Sequence record: SRR16203515_3528
Direction: 5' to 3' (one strand)
DNA: 33,988 nucleotides
How positions within the stretch are numbered: the stretch's first letter is position 1; every line of letters starts with the position of its first letter. Of this stretch, positions 9,511 through 18,141 are shown in pieces. The notes under the pieces are model-generated. The model was not told the origin of the DNA. It did not search any database and worked only from the letters and a program-made list of their open reading frames with translations. The translations under genes and the position numbers were made by a program.

Positions 9511-10320
9511 TTATTGTAAAAAATTGAGTTGATACTCTTTTGGTGTTACTGCAACAATTTTTAAAAAGTTTTTATGAAAATGACTTTGATCAAAAAACCC
9601 ACATTCTAAGGCTGTATCAACTATTGAAAGCCCCTCTTGTAACAACTCTTTTGATTTGTTTATTTTCATATTAATTAAATAAGCTCTTGGGGTTAAATTC
9701 ATCTGAGATTTAAAAAGCCTTATAATATAAAAACTATTTAATTCAAATTTATTAGCTAATTCTTCTAATGTAATATTTTCTTTATAATTAATATCTAAAT
9801 AGTTAATTATTTTCTCAAATTTTTCATCATAAATTTTTAATCTTGAATCTTCTAAAAAAAGAGCAAAGAATTTAAGAAAGAAGCCTATTACCACATCTTC
9901 TTTATCACAAGAATCATGTTCTTCAAAAAGATAAGCACATAAAGTTGTATATTCAAAATAGAACTCTTCATCATCAAGTAAGTGACTAGGTATTTCAATA
10001 AAAGTATTAACATCTTTATTAATTAATTTTTGGATATTCATACACCAATTTACATCTAAATAAAGCATATAATATTCATTAAGTTCCTCACTACATGAAT
10101 TACAAGAGTGAACTGCTTTAGGGTTTATGATACTTAAACCATTCTCTTTTAATATATACTCTTTTCCACTATTAGAATACTTACTAATTCCTTTTTTATT
10201 AACCCCTAAAGAAAAAGTATCATGGAAATGTTTTTTATAATGAAGATTAGAATTTGAGTGTCTTAATTCTAAAAAAGGTAAGTTTTCATCTTTATAGATT
10301 TTGGTAAATGTTTTTTGCAT
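9511..10320 (-). CDS. AraC family transcriptional regulator (cupin sensor), probable regulator of the adjacent LysE gene
   Basis: KHFH...VHSC cupin motif; C-terminal ITLEELA...ALECGFFDQSHFHKNF...TPKEY HTH. Confidence 0.9.
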   Translation of the reverse strand: MQKTFTKIYKDENLPFLELRHSNSNLHYKKHFHDTFSLGVNKKGISKYSNSGKEYILKENGLSIINPKAVHSCNSCSEELNEYYMLYLDVNWCMNIQKLINKDVNTFIEIPSHLLDDEEFYFEYTTLCAYLFEEHDSCDKEDVVIGFFLKFFALFLEDSRLKIYDEKFEKIINYLDINYKENITLEELANKFELNSFYIIRLFKSQMNLTPRAYLINMKINKSKELLQEGLSIVDTALECGFFDQSHFHKNFLKIVAVTPKEYQLNFLQ

Positions 10321-10376
10321 TTTTTAGTATAACATACTTAGTTTACTATTATAAATAAAGAGCTGAAACTCTTTAT

Positions 10377-11222
10377 TTATGAAATTGGAATATGAATTAG
10401 TGTTTTTAGATTTTCTGGTTTTGTACGTCTTGGATCTCGATTAAGATACTCTTCAAAAAATGGTGTATTTCTTAGAGTTATTTCATTCTCCAATATCCAT
10501 GAAGTAATTTGTTCGTATGTCTTAGTTAGGTTCTCATAAGGTCCTATATGTAAAAACTGGGCATATTTTCCACCTTTTATAATATTAGGAACGACTTCCC
10601 CTTCGGGTTTTACGCTTTTATCATCCCAAGTAATACACATATCAAATCTTATTTTATTTTCATCTGTTACTTTTGGATCATCATGTGCAATTCCAAAACA
10701 TCTAGCTTCTTTACCCATTAGGTTCTTTTTGAATTTAATTTTTTGTGTATATGCAAACTTCATTAAAATTTCTGCAACTTTTGGAGCAGTCTCTACATAA
10801 GCCCCAACTCCTCTAACACTTAAAACCTCAATATCATCAAACTCTATATATTTTGCTTCTAACATAACTTCACCTTTTTTTTCTTTTACTTTCAAAGCAA
10901 AATCCCTAGGACTTACTCCGAAATATTTTTTGAAAGCTTTTGAAAAAGAGGCATTAGTTTCATAACCATGTTCAAGTGCAATATCTGTAATTTTCTTTTT
11001 AGATTTAAAAGACTTTGCGGAATTCTGTAGTCTTACCATTCTTATATAATCAGCAAGACTTTGCCCAATGATGTGTTTGAATATTCGATGAAAATGATAT
11101 TTTGAAAAACTTGCAACCTTTGCTAAATCTTCTAGTCTTAACTCTTCATTACAATTTTCTTCAATATAAAATATCACCTTATAAACATTTTGTATATATT
11201 CATCTTTAGTTGTTTTCTTCAT
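10377..11222 (-). CDS. AraC family regulator with C-terminal GyrI-like ligand-binding domain
   Basis: N-terminal LEDLAKVASFSKYHFHRIF...GYETNASFSKAFKKYFGVSP; C-terminal HDDPKVT, GGKYAQFLHIGPYE, FEEYLN. Confidence 0.9.
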   Translation of the reverse strand: MKKTTKDEYIQNVYKVIFYIEENCNEELRLEDLAKVASFSKYHFHRIFKHIIGQSLADYIRMVRLQNSAKSFKSKKKITDIALEHGYETNASFSKAFKKYFGVSPRDFALKVKEKKGEVMLEAKYIEFDDIEVLSVRGVGAYVETAPKVAEILMKFAYTQKIKFKKNLMGKEARCFGIAHDDPKVTDENKIRFDMCITWDDKSVKPEGEVVPNIIKGGKYAQFLHIGPYENLTKTYEQITSWILENEITLRNTPFFEEYLNRDPRRTKPENLKTLIHIPIS

Positions 11223-11271
11223 AATACCTCTTTTAGCTTGGTGAAATTATAAGATATATATAAAAGTAAAA

Positions 11272-11751
11272 CTACTCCATACTTGCTATATTTAAATGCT
11301 CTCGTAAAGCTCTTCGTGAAGCCTTATCTACTTTTGAGAAGATTTTATCAATATCATCTTTTTCGCTAGATTTTTTATGACCTTTTACTTTAATAAAATT
11401 ACATTCATTCTTATCTATTACTTTATAGAATTCTTTATATAAAATTTGATTTTTAACTTCTTTATTTGTACTTGTTTTATAATTGTTTTTTTCTAGTTTT
11501 TCTCTTCTATTTAATAAGCTAAAGATATTCTGACAATCTGTATATACTTCAAAGTTATTAAAGTCATCTAATTCTTTTACAGCCCATAAAAAAGTTTGTA
11601 ATTCTAATTTCGTAGAGGATGTATCTTCAAATTGTTTTGTATAAATTTTTGATTCACTTTTAAAGTCATCTTCATAGTATAAAAAAGCAGCTATACCTAT
11701 CTTACTTTGGGGGTTTACGCTTGAGTCACAAAATAGTTTTATTTTTTTCAT
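11272..11751 (-). CDS. Ribonuclease HI-like protein
   Basis: Catalytic acidic set: LFCDSS, TKLELQ, VYTDCQ, KVKGH, VDKASR. Confidence 0.8.
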   Translation of the reverse strand: MKKIKLFCDSSVNPQSKIGIAAFLYYEDDFKSESKIYTKQFEDTSSTKLELQTFLWAVKELDDFNNFEVYTDCQNIFSLLNRREKLEKNNYKTSTNKEVKNQILYKEFYKVIDKNECNFIKVKGHKKSSEKDDIDKIFSKVDKASRRALREHLNIASME

Positions 11752-11787
11752 AAAAGATTATACCATAGCTAAGTAATATAACTATTA

Positions 11788-11829
11788 TTGATAAATGTCA
11801 TGTTAATAAATTTTATTTTTATATATACT
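11788..11829 (+). promoter_or_regulatory. Crp/Fnr-family (FNR/Nss-type) box plus -10 element upstream of the multiheme cytochrome
   Basis: TTGAT-AAAT-GTCAT at 11788-11801 (consensus TTGAT-N4-ATCAA) and TATACT at 11824-11829. This puts the box centre at about -41.5, the class II activator geometry. Confidence 0.6.
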
Positions 11830-11851
11830 TCAAAAAACATAAGGACAGAAA

Positions 11852-13012
11852 ATGAAAGCTTTTTTATTTATACTTTTTATCTTAATAAACTCTTATGCAC
11901 AAGAGTTTGTAAAAAGTAATACATGTAAAGGGTGTCACCCTACTATTTACGCAGAGTTTTATAATTCATCACACAGAAAAGCTTCTACATTTGAAGATAA
12001 GATTCATAATGCTGTTTGGAATTTACATCCTCTAAAACAAGAAGGTACTTATTCTTGTGCTAAATGTCATACCCCAACAGATTTAAAATTACTAAATAAG
12101 TTAAAAGAAAAAAAAGAAGCACTTCCTGTTAAAAATGAAGTACAAACACAAGAAGCAATTTCATGTGCTTATTGTCATAGTATTAAAGACATCAAAAAAC
12201 ATAGCAAGATGAATGAAAATATCGTAACTTTAAAAGATAAGGTATTTTATTCAGCAAATGAAAATAATAGAGATTTAAAAAATAAAGAGTTCAAAGATGA
12301 AATTACTCTTTTTGGAATGATGAAGAAGAAATCAGGTTCACCTTTCCATAAAATTGATTATTCAAATAAAAACTTCTATACTGGAAAAATGTGTATGGGC
12401 TGTCATTCTCACTTACAAAACGATAATAACTTTGATTTATGTAGAGTTGATGAAAAAGGTGCACAAGATGAAGAGACAAATTGTATTTCTTGTCATATGC
12501 CAAAAGTTAAAGGTAGCTCAACTAGTATAAAAATTACTAAAACACATAGATTCCATGGTTTTGCAGGTGCTTCAAAGAATCAAGATTTATTGGCTAAATA
12601 TATAAAAATCAAGTTTAAACAGAAAAAAGAGTTCTTTGAAATATCAATTAAAAATGAAGCTAGTCATAATCTATTTTTACAACCCTTAAGACTTGCCATT
12701 CTAAAAGTTAATGTTTTAAGAGATACAAAAACTATCAAACAAAAAAATAAAACTTTTGCAAGAATCATAGGAAAAGATGGCAAAGCTACAATGCCTTGGT
12801 TAGCTAATAGTGAAATTAAAAACAATATGATAAAAGCAAATGAAAGACGAGTTATTAAATATGATTTCAAACTTCAAGAGAATGATAAAGTAGAAGTAGT
12901 ATTTGGATATTTCAAAGTTAATCCAAAAATGTTAAAAAAACTAAAACTTGAAAATGATGAAGAGAGTACAAAGTTTAATATCTTAAAAAGTGAATTCTTT
13001 CACTCAAAATAA
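11852..13012 (+). CDS. Periplasmic pentaheme c-type cytochrome
   Basis: Sec signal peptide; five CxxCH motifs (CKGCH, CAKCH, CAYCH, CMGCH, CISCH); heme-free C-terminal domain. RBS AAGGA. Confidence 0.88.
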   Translation: MKAFLFILFILINSYAQEFVKSNTCKGCHPTIYAEFYNSSHRKASTFEDKIHNAVWNLHPLKQEGTYSCAKCHTPTDLKLLNKLKEKKEALPVKNEVQTQEAISCAYCHSIKDIKKHSKMNENIVTLKDKVFYSANENNRDLKNKEFKDEITLFGMMKKKSGSPFHKIDYSNKNFYTGKMCMGCHSHLQNDNNFDLCRVDEKGAQDEETNCISCHMPKVKGSSTSIKITKTHRFHGFAGASKNQDLLAKYIKIKFKQKKEFFEISIKNEASHNLFLQPLRLAILKVNVLRDTKTIKQKNKTFARIIGKDGKATMPWLANSEIKNNMIKANERRVIKYDFKLQENDKVEVVFGYFKVNPKMLKKLKLENDEESTKFNILKSEFFHSK

Positions 13013-13023
13013 AAAGTAAAAAT

Positions 13024-13761
13024 ATGGCAGAAAAACTAAAATTAGATAGAAGAGTATTTATCCAAAAATCCACTTTAGGAATTTTGGGTTTATTAACAGC
13101 ATCAGGGGTAACACTAGCACCTCATTTAAATGCTCGGGAAAATAGATTAAGACCTCCTGGGGCACAAAATGAAAAGGACTTTTTATCTTTATGTATTAAG
13201 TGTGGGCAATGTGCCCAAGTTTGTCCTTATCATAGTATAGAACTTGCTGACATCTTTAAAGGACATGGAATTGGAACACCATATATTGACTCACTGCAAA
13301 GAGCTTGTTATTTATGTACAGCACTTCCATGTGTATTAGCATGTCCAACAGATGCACTAAGTCACGATACAGAAAAACCAGAAGATGTAAAAATGGGTAT
13401 TGCAGTATTTAAATTCTCAAACAAATGTATTGGAGTTAGTACAGAAGAAGTTACAAGAGAGAATATAGATAGGATTTATACTCATCCTCATACTAATAAA
13501 CTAGAAAATGAAGTATTAGAAAAACTAGAAGAGTATGAAGATAAGCAGTGCACTATTTGTGCAGACATGTGTCCTTATCCAAACTCTATATTAGCTATTG
13601 AAATGGTTGATGATAACTCAAACAATGGTAAAAAACCTAAAATCAACTCTTCATGTGTAGGTTGTGGTGTATGTGCTGAATTATGTCCCTCAGCTGCTAT
13701 TGTAATTGAACCAAGACTTTCATACGAGGATTATTATAAAAAAGGGAAAAGAAACAATTAA
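13024..13761 (+). CDS. NapG/NosG/MauM-family 4x[4Fe-4S] ferredoxin, Tat-exported
   Basis: DRRVFIQ twin-arginine signal, LRPPGA motif, Cys clusters CIKCGQCAQVCP, CYLCTALPCVLACP, CTICADMCP, CVGCGVCAELCP. Confidence 0.88.
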   Translation: MAEKLKLDRRVFIQKSTLGILGLLTASGVTLAPHLNARENRLRPPGAQNEKDFLSLCIKCGQCAQVCPYHSIELADIFKGHGIGTPYIDSLQRACYLCTALPCVLACPTDALSHDTEKPEDVKMGIAVFKFSNKCIGVSTEEVTRENIDRIYTHPHTNKLENEVLEKLEEYEDKQCTICADMCPYPNSILAIEMVDDNSNNGKKPKINSSCVGCGVCAELCPSAAIVIEPRLSYEDYYKKGKRNN

Positions 13762-13808
13762 GATTTGATTAGTATCATTGTTTTTATAAAAATATAAAGG
13801 CACTATAT

Positions 13809-14507
13809 ATGAACTTTCCAGAGTTAATACACGGAAAATTAATAAAAAGATACAAACGTTTTTTAGCAGATATTATTTTAGATGATGGACAAGAAATTAC
13901 AGCACATGTACCAAATACAGGTGCAATGACTTCTTGTATTGAAGAGAATTGTTCAGTTTGGGTGAGTTTTCATGATAATCCAAAAAGAAAACTAAAATAC
14001 ACCCTAGAGCTAACACAAATGAACGAACAGCTTATTTGTACAAATACAGGAGTAGCTAATAAAATAGCTATTGAAGCTGTTAAAAATGGACATATAAAAG
14101 AACTACTAGGTTTTAAGAATATAAAACCAGAACAAAAATATGGACAAAATAGTCGAATTGATATTTTATTATCAAACGATGAAGATGAAAAGAAGTGTTA
14201 TGTTGAAGTTAAAAGTGTAAGTTTAAGAATTGAAGATGAACTTGCTTTTCCAGACTCAGTAACAGCGAGAGGAACTAAACATTTAGATGAGCTAATGAAT
14301 ATTGTTCAAGAAGGACATAGAGCTGTAATGCTTTATGTAATCCAAAGAACAGATGATGCAAAGTTTAGAATTGCCAATGAAATTGATCCTAAATATTATG
14401 AAACATTCAAAAAAGCTATAGAAAATGGTGTTGAGATTTTGGTATATCAATCAGATATAAACCTAGAGAGTATAAGTATACAAAAGAATCATAACTTTAA
14501 GATATAA
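13809..14507 (+). CDS. sfsA: DNA/RNA nuclease SfsA (sugar fermentation stimulation protein)
   Basis: LIKRYKRFLAD, AHVPNTGAM, SRIDILL, YVEVKSV, FPDSVTARGTKHLDEL. Confidence 0.95.
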   Translation: MNFPELIHGKLIKRYKRFLADIILDDGQEITAHVPNTGAMTSCIEENCSVWVSFHDNPKRKLKYTLELTQMNEQLICTNTGVANKIAIEAVKNGHIKELLGFKNIKPEQKYGQNSRIDILLSNDEDEKKCYVEVKSVSLRIEDELAFPDSVTARGTKHLDELMNIVQEGHRAVMLYVIQRTDDAKFRIANEIDPKYYETFKKAIENGVEILVYQSDINLESISIQKNHNFKI

Positions 14508-14605
14508 GTAATTCAAATATTCATTATAGTTATAAGTTTTTGTTATTAATAACTAGATAAGTTAAATAAGTTATAATTATACTATTAAAATTTGAGGAAG
14601 TTATA

Positions 14606-14800
14606 ATGAATACATTTGATAAGATAAGAGCTTTTTGTAGACCATTTAGAATTGTTTTAGGATTAGTATTAATTGCAGTTGGATTTTTCTTAAGTAATCC
14701 ATGGTTTTATTTGGGTGTAATTCCATTAATTGCAGGACTTGCAGATTTTTGTCCTTTATGTTTGATTACAAAAAAGTGTACAGTAAAAGAAAAGAAATAG
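14606..14800 (+). CDS. DUF2892 (YgaP-like) small membrane protein
   Basis: RIVLGLVLI...LGVIPLIAGLADFCPL pattern; RBS GAGG; TATAAT upstream. Confidence 0.8.
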   Translation: MNTFDKIRAFCRPFRIVLGLVLIAVGFFLSNPWFYLGVIPLIAGLADFCPLCLITKKCTVKEKK

Positions 14801-14807
14801 ATAAAAG

Positions 14808-14832
14808 TCTCATTTACATAATGTAAATGAGA
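14808..14832. terminator. Hairpin between convergent genes, probable bidirectional terminator
   Basis: TCTCATTTACA-TAA-TGTAAATGAGA inverted repeat with an A-run before and a T-rich run after. Confidence 0.7.
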
Positions 14833-14840
14833 TCCTTTAT

Positions 14841-15128
14841 TTAGTTTAATTCAACTCCACATTTCTCACAGTTAGTTCTAAACCAACCACGTCCTGGAAA
14901 TTTTCCACACTTAGGACATTTCCATAAAAAGAAAACAAAACCTAAATATATAATAAATCCAGCAATTGAAGCATTTAGCCAAGTATCTTTAGTTAGACCA
15001 AACATTTCGTCTAGTTCTTTCACAGTTATTACAATACTTGGAGTTAATAGTATAAAAAATAATGCAGCAGTAATCTTCGCATTTCTAATTACTATTGCAA
15101 ATTGTTTTTTTACATCGTCGTTTTTCAT
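14841..15128 (-). CDS. Small two-TM membrane protein with C-terminal zinc ribbon
   Basis: Two hydrophobic segments followed by CPKC...CEKC; RBS AAGGGA upstream. Confidence 0.7.
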   Translation of the reverse strand: MKNDDVKKQFAIVIRNAKITAALFFILLTPSIVITVKELDEMFGLTKDTWLNASIAGFIIYLGFVFFLWKCPKCGKFPGRGWFRTNCEKCGVELN

Positions 15129-15237
15129 TTATATCCCTTCTCTAAAGTGGATAATTGTATCTACTTAATGTTTTATTGTCAAAATAAAATAAAATAATGT
15201 TAATATTACAAAACTATAAATTTAAGGCCTTTTATAA

Positions 15238-16293
15238 ATGCTAATGCTAACTTATTTTCTAATTGCGGTTGGAGTATCTTTTATCTGTTCAATTCTTGAA
15301 GCAGTTCTACTATCAATTACTTCTGCTCATATTGAAATAACAAAAAATAAAAACGAATCCCTTGGGGTTTTAATGCAAAAACAAAAAGAAGATATTGATT
15401 TCTCAATTGCTTCTATTCTAACGTTAAATACATTTGCTCATACACTTGGAGCTGCAGGTGTTGGTGCAGAAGCTGTTAAGATATTTGGAGAAGAGTATAT
15501 GTTTTATATCTCAGCTGTTTTAACAATGCTTATTTTAGTATTCTCAGAAATCATTCCAAAAACACTTGGAGCATATTATTGGCAAAACTTAAGTGGAGTA
15601 TGTACAAGAACTATTAAATTCTTAGTATTTATTACCTACCCTCTTTTAATTGTAATGAATAGAATTACAAAATTAATTACTCCAAAAGAAAAAAGAAGCA
15701 CAATTACAAAAGAAGAAATTACAGCCGCTGCTACAATAGCACAAGAAAGTGGAGTAATAAAAAATAAAGATAGTGATATTATTGAAAACCTACTAAACCT
15801 TGAAGATATAAAAGTAAAAGACATTCATACTCCAAGAAGTGTAATGGTTAGTTTTAGTAAAGATGAACTACTAGATAGCTTTGATGATATAAACAAGAAA
15901 CTAAATTATGACAAACTAAAAGAGTATTCAAGAATTCCTATTTATGATGATAATATTGATAATATTGTAGGGCTTATCTTTTCAAAAGAGTATTTTCATG
16001 AATATATATGTAATAAACATAAAAATAAAGAAGAGATTATTAAACCCATATTTAAAGTAAATGAGAATATTCCTATCTCTAAACTCTTAGATATATTTCT
16101 TTCAAGAAAAGAGCAACTATTTATTGTTGAAGATAACTATGGGCAAACAGAAGGTGTAGTGACACTTGAAGATGCAATAGAAACACTTCTAGGTATAGAG
16201 ATAGTTGATGAGCATGATAAAAATATAGATATGAGAGAACTTGCAAAGACTAGAATGAAACTTGTAAGAAATAAACTAATAAAAAAAGTATAA
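15238..16293 (+). CDS. CNNM (DUF21)-CBS domain protein, CorB/TlyC-like Mg2+/Co2+ transport family
   Basis: SFICSILEAVLLS, ILTLNTFAHTLGAAGVG, FSEIIPKT, TPRSV, YSRIPIY, GVVTLEDAIETLLGIEIVDEHD. Confidence 0.9.
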   Translation: MLMLTYFLIAVGVSFICSILEAVLLSITSAHIEITKNKNESLGVLMQKQKEDIDFSIASILTLNTFAHTLGAAGVGAEAVKIFGEEYMFYISAVLTMLILVFSEIIPKTLGAYYWQNLSGVCTRTIKFLVFITYPLLIVMNRITKLITPKEKRSTITKEEITAAATIAQESGVIKNKDSDIIENLLNLEDIKVKDIHTPRSVMVSFSKDELLDSFDDINKKLNYDKLKEYSRIPIYDDNIDNIVGLIFSKEYFHEYICNKHKNKEEIIKPIFKVNENIPISKLLDIFLSRKEQLFIVEDNYGQTEGVVTLEDAIETLLGIEIVDEHDKNIDMRELAKTRMKLVRNKLIKKV

Positions 16294-16311
16294 AACTCTT
16301 TTTTCACTTTC

Positions 16312-16344
16312 AATAATAGCTTTTAAAACATAAAAGCTATTATT
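16312..16344. terminator. Inverted repeat downstream of the CNNM gene, probable terminator
   Basis: AATAATAGCTTTTA-AAACA-TAAAAGCTATTATT perfect 14-bp stem. Confidence 0.6.
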
Positions 16345-16557
16345 ATCTAACCTAAAAATAATATATTAATTACATTAAATTGTAAAAATTACAATAATTC
16401 TCTAACTTTTCCTAAGATCTTGACACTTTTTTTACATTTTTACTAAAATTTATAAATTTATATTAATTCCCTCAGCTACCAAAATATCACATTTAATTAA
16501 TGATATTCATACTCAATATGAAAGCTTATTCACCACTATGCTATGTTAATGCTATGC

Positions 16558-16598
16558 TTGAAGCTTACAATTACATTAACTAATATATTAGTATACCA
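16558..16598 (+). promoter_or_regulatory. Candidate sigma70 promoter of the catabolic operon overlapped by a GntR operator
   Basis: TTGAAG (16558-63)-N17-TAATAT (16581-86). Perfect palindrome ACTAATATATTAGT (16579-92) overlaps TAGTATACCA (16589-98), a 9/10 match to the FadR-subfamily-type TGGTATACCA. Confidence 0.6.
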
Positions 16599-16620
16599 GT
16601 AAGACGAAAAGGAATTTACT

Positions 16621-17262
16621 ATGCCAGTTAGTAAAAAAGAACAAGTATATAAAGATTTGCAAGAAAAGATTATTACACAAGAATTAGCTTGTGGAACAAG
16701 ATTAAACGAAAAAGAATTAATGGATGAGTATGGTATTGGAAGAACTCCTTTACGAGATATTCTTATGAAATTAAAGATTGAATGTTTAATAGAGACTATC
16801 CCTCAGTCGGGTACTTTCGTAAAAGAGTTAGATAAGACAGAAATTCGAGAAACTCTTGAAATGAGAATACCATTAGAAGTACTAGCAGCTAGTTTTATTC
16901 CTTTTCGTATTACTAAAGAGCAACTAGATGAAATTCATTATAGATTGTTCAATGTAAGACGAAATCTTGATAAGTTGACAATAACTGAGTTTAAAAATGA
17001 GACAGATAAGGTACATAACCTTTATTATGAATCAGTTGGAAATAAAAAGTTAGCGGAAAACTTAAAACAGTTACATAATATCTCTGCGAGAGCTTGGTTC
17101 TCAAAGGGATATAAAATGAGAGCTACTCTTGACACTCTTGATGACTGGCAAAAGAGAATTGAGATGGTTGAGAATAAAGAGATTGAGAAACTACAAGAAG
17201 AAGTTAGAGAGCATGTAATTAATTTTGCAAACTCTTTAGGTTTAGAAGACATGTTGTATTAA
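16621..17262 (+). CDS. GntR family transcriptional regulator (FadR subfamily, FCD domain)
   Basis: LNEKELMDEYGIGRTPLRDIL wHTH, PQSGTFV, EMRIPLE, FCD-like DKVHNLYYESVGNKKL. Confidence 0.92.
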   Translation: MPVSKKEQVYKDLQEKIITQELACGTRLNEKELMDEYGIGRTPLRDILMKLKIECLIETIPQSGTFVKELDKTEIRETLEMRIPLEVLAASFIPFRITKEQLDEIHYRLFNVRRNLDKLTITEFKNETDKVHNLYYESVGNKKLAENLKQLHNISARAWFSKGYKMRATLDTLDDWQKRIEMVENKEIEKLQEEVREHVINFANSLGLEDMLY

Positions 17263-17290
17263 TTATATTAGGAAAAGAAAAAGGATTGAA

Positions 17291-18022
17291 ATGAAAACTA
17301 AAGGTGGAAAGAATATTTATGGTGCAAGTGTAGGAATGCTTATGCTTGAAACAAAATTTCCAAGAATCCCTGGTGATATTGGAAATGCAAACACATGGCC
17401 ATTTCACATGCATTTTGAACCAGTTACAGGTTCTAGTGTTAATAAAGTTGTTAGATTTAAAGCTGAAGGTACATTAGATGAATTCATCAAGATGGGTAAA
17501 AGATTAATCGCAAAAGGTGTAGATGCAATTGCAACTAACTGTGGTTTCTTAATTATTTTTCAAGAAGAATTAACTGAAGCACTTGGTGTTCCAGTATTTT
17601 CATCAGCATTAATTCAACACAATTTAATTCAGCAAACATTACCAAAAAGTAAAGTTCCTGGAATTTTAACTTTCTCTAAAGAGAGCTTAACTTCAGAGTA
17701 CTTAGAAGCTGCAAATATTCCACTTGATACACCAGTTGTAGGGATGGAAAACATTGGAGCAAAAGAGTTTTATACAGGAATCTTAGAAGATTTAGATGAA
17801 ATGGATTTTGATCTTTGTAGAGAAGAGATGATTGAAGCTGCATTAAAATTACAAAGAGAAAACCCAAATGTTGGTGCAATTTTATGTGAGTGTACGAATA
17901 TGCCTCCATATGCAGAAGATATTTATAAAGCAACTGGATTACCAGTTTATAATATATACACAGGTGTTACATGGTTTCAACAATCAGTAAGACCAAGAAG
18001 ATTTGATATAAAAGATTTTTAG
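17291..18022 (+). CDS. Aspartate/glutamate/hydantoin racemase superfamily protein (two-cysteine type)
   Basis: GMLMLETKFPRIPGDIGN N-terminus, AIATNCGF and ILCECTNMPPY catalytic Cys motifs. Confidence 0.85.
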   Translation: MKTKGGKNIYGASVGMLMLETKFPRIPGDIGNANTWPFHMHFEPVTGSSVNKVVRFKAEGTLDEFIKMGKRLIAKGVDAIATNCGFLIIFQEELTEALGVPVFSSALIQHNLIQQTLPKSKVPGILTFSKESLTSEYLEAANIPLDTPVVGMENIGAKEFYTGILEDLDEMDFDLCREEMIEAALKLQRENPNVGAILCECTNMPPYAEDIYKATGLPVYNIYTGVTWFQQSVRPRRFDIKDF

Positions 18023-18056
18023 TAGATTAAGAGTTTAAAGTGAGTTTATACTAGGC

Positions 18057-18086
18057 ATTATCCCTATGCGGCAACATAGAGATAAT
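18057..18086 (+). other. Intercistronic hairpin upstream of the TAXI gene
   Basis: ATTATC-C-CTATG-CGGCAA-CATAG-A-GATAAT: 11 bp with one mismatch. Confidence 0.5.
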
Positions 18087-18141
18087 AATTTTCACAAATT
18101 TGTTATTCGATAATAAATTTAAATTATTAAGGAAAAAAGTT

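Noticed and set aside
11272-11751. RNase H as part of a retroelement or defence system
   Set aside because: No reverse transcriptase, transposase or defence gene is nearby; it looks like a stand-alone RNase HI-like gene.
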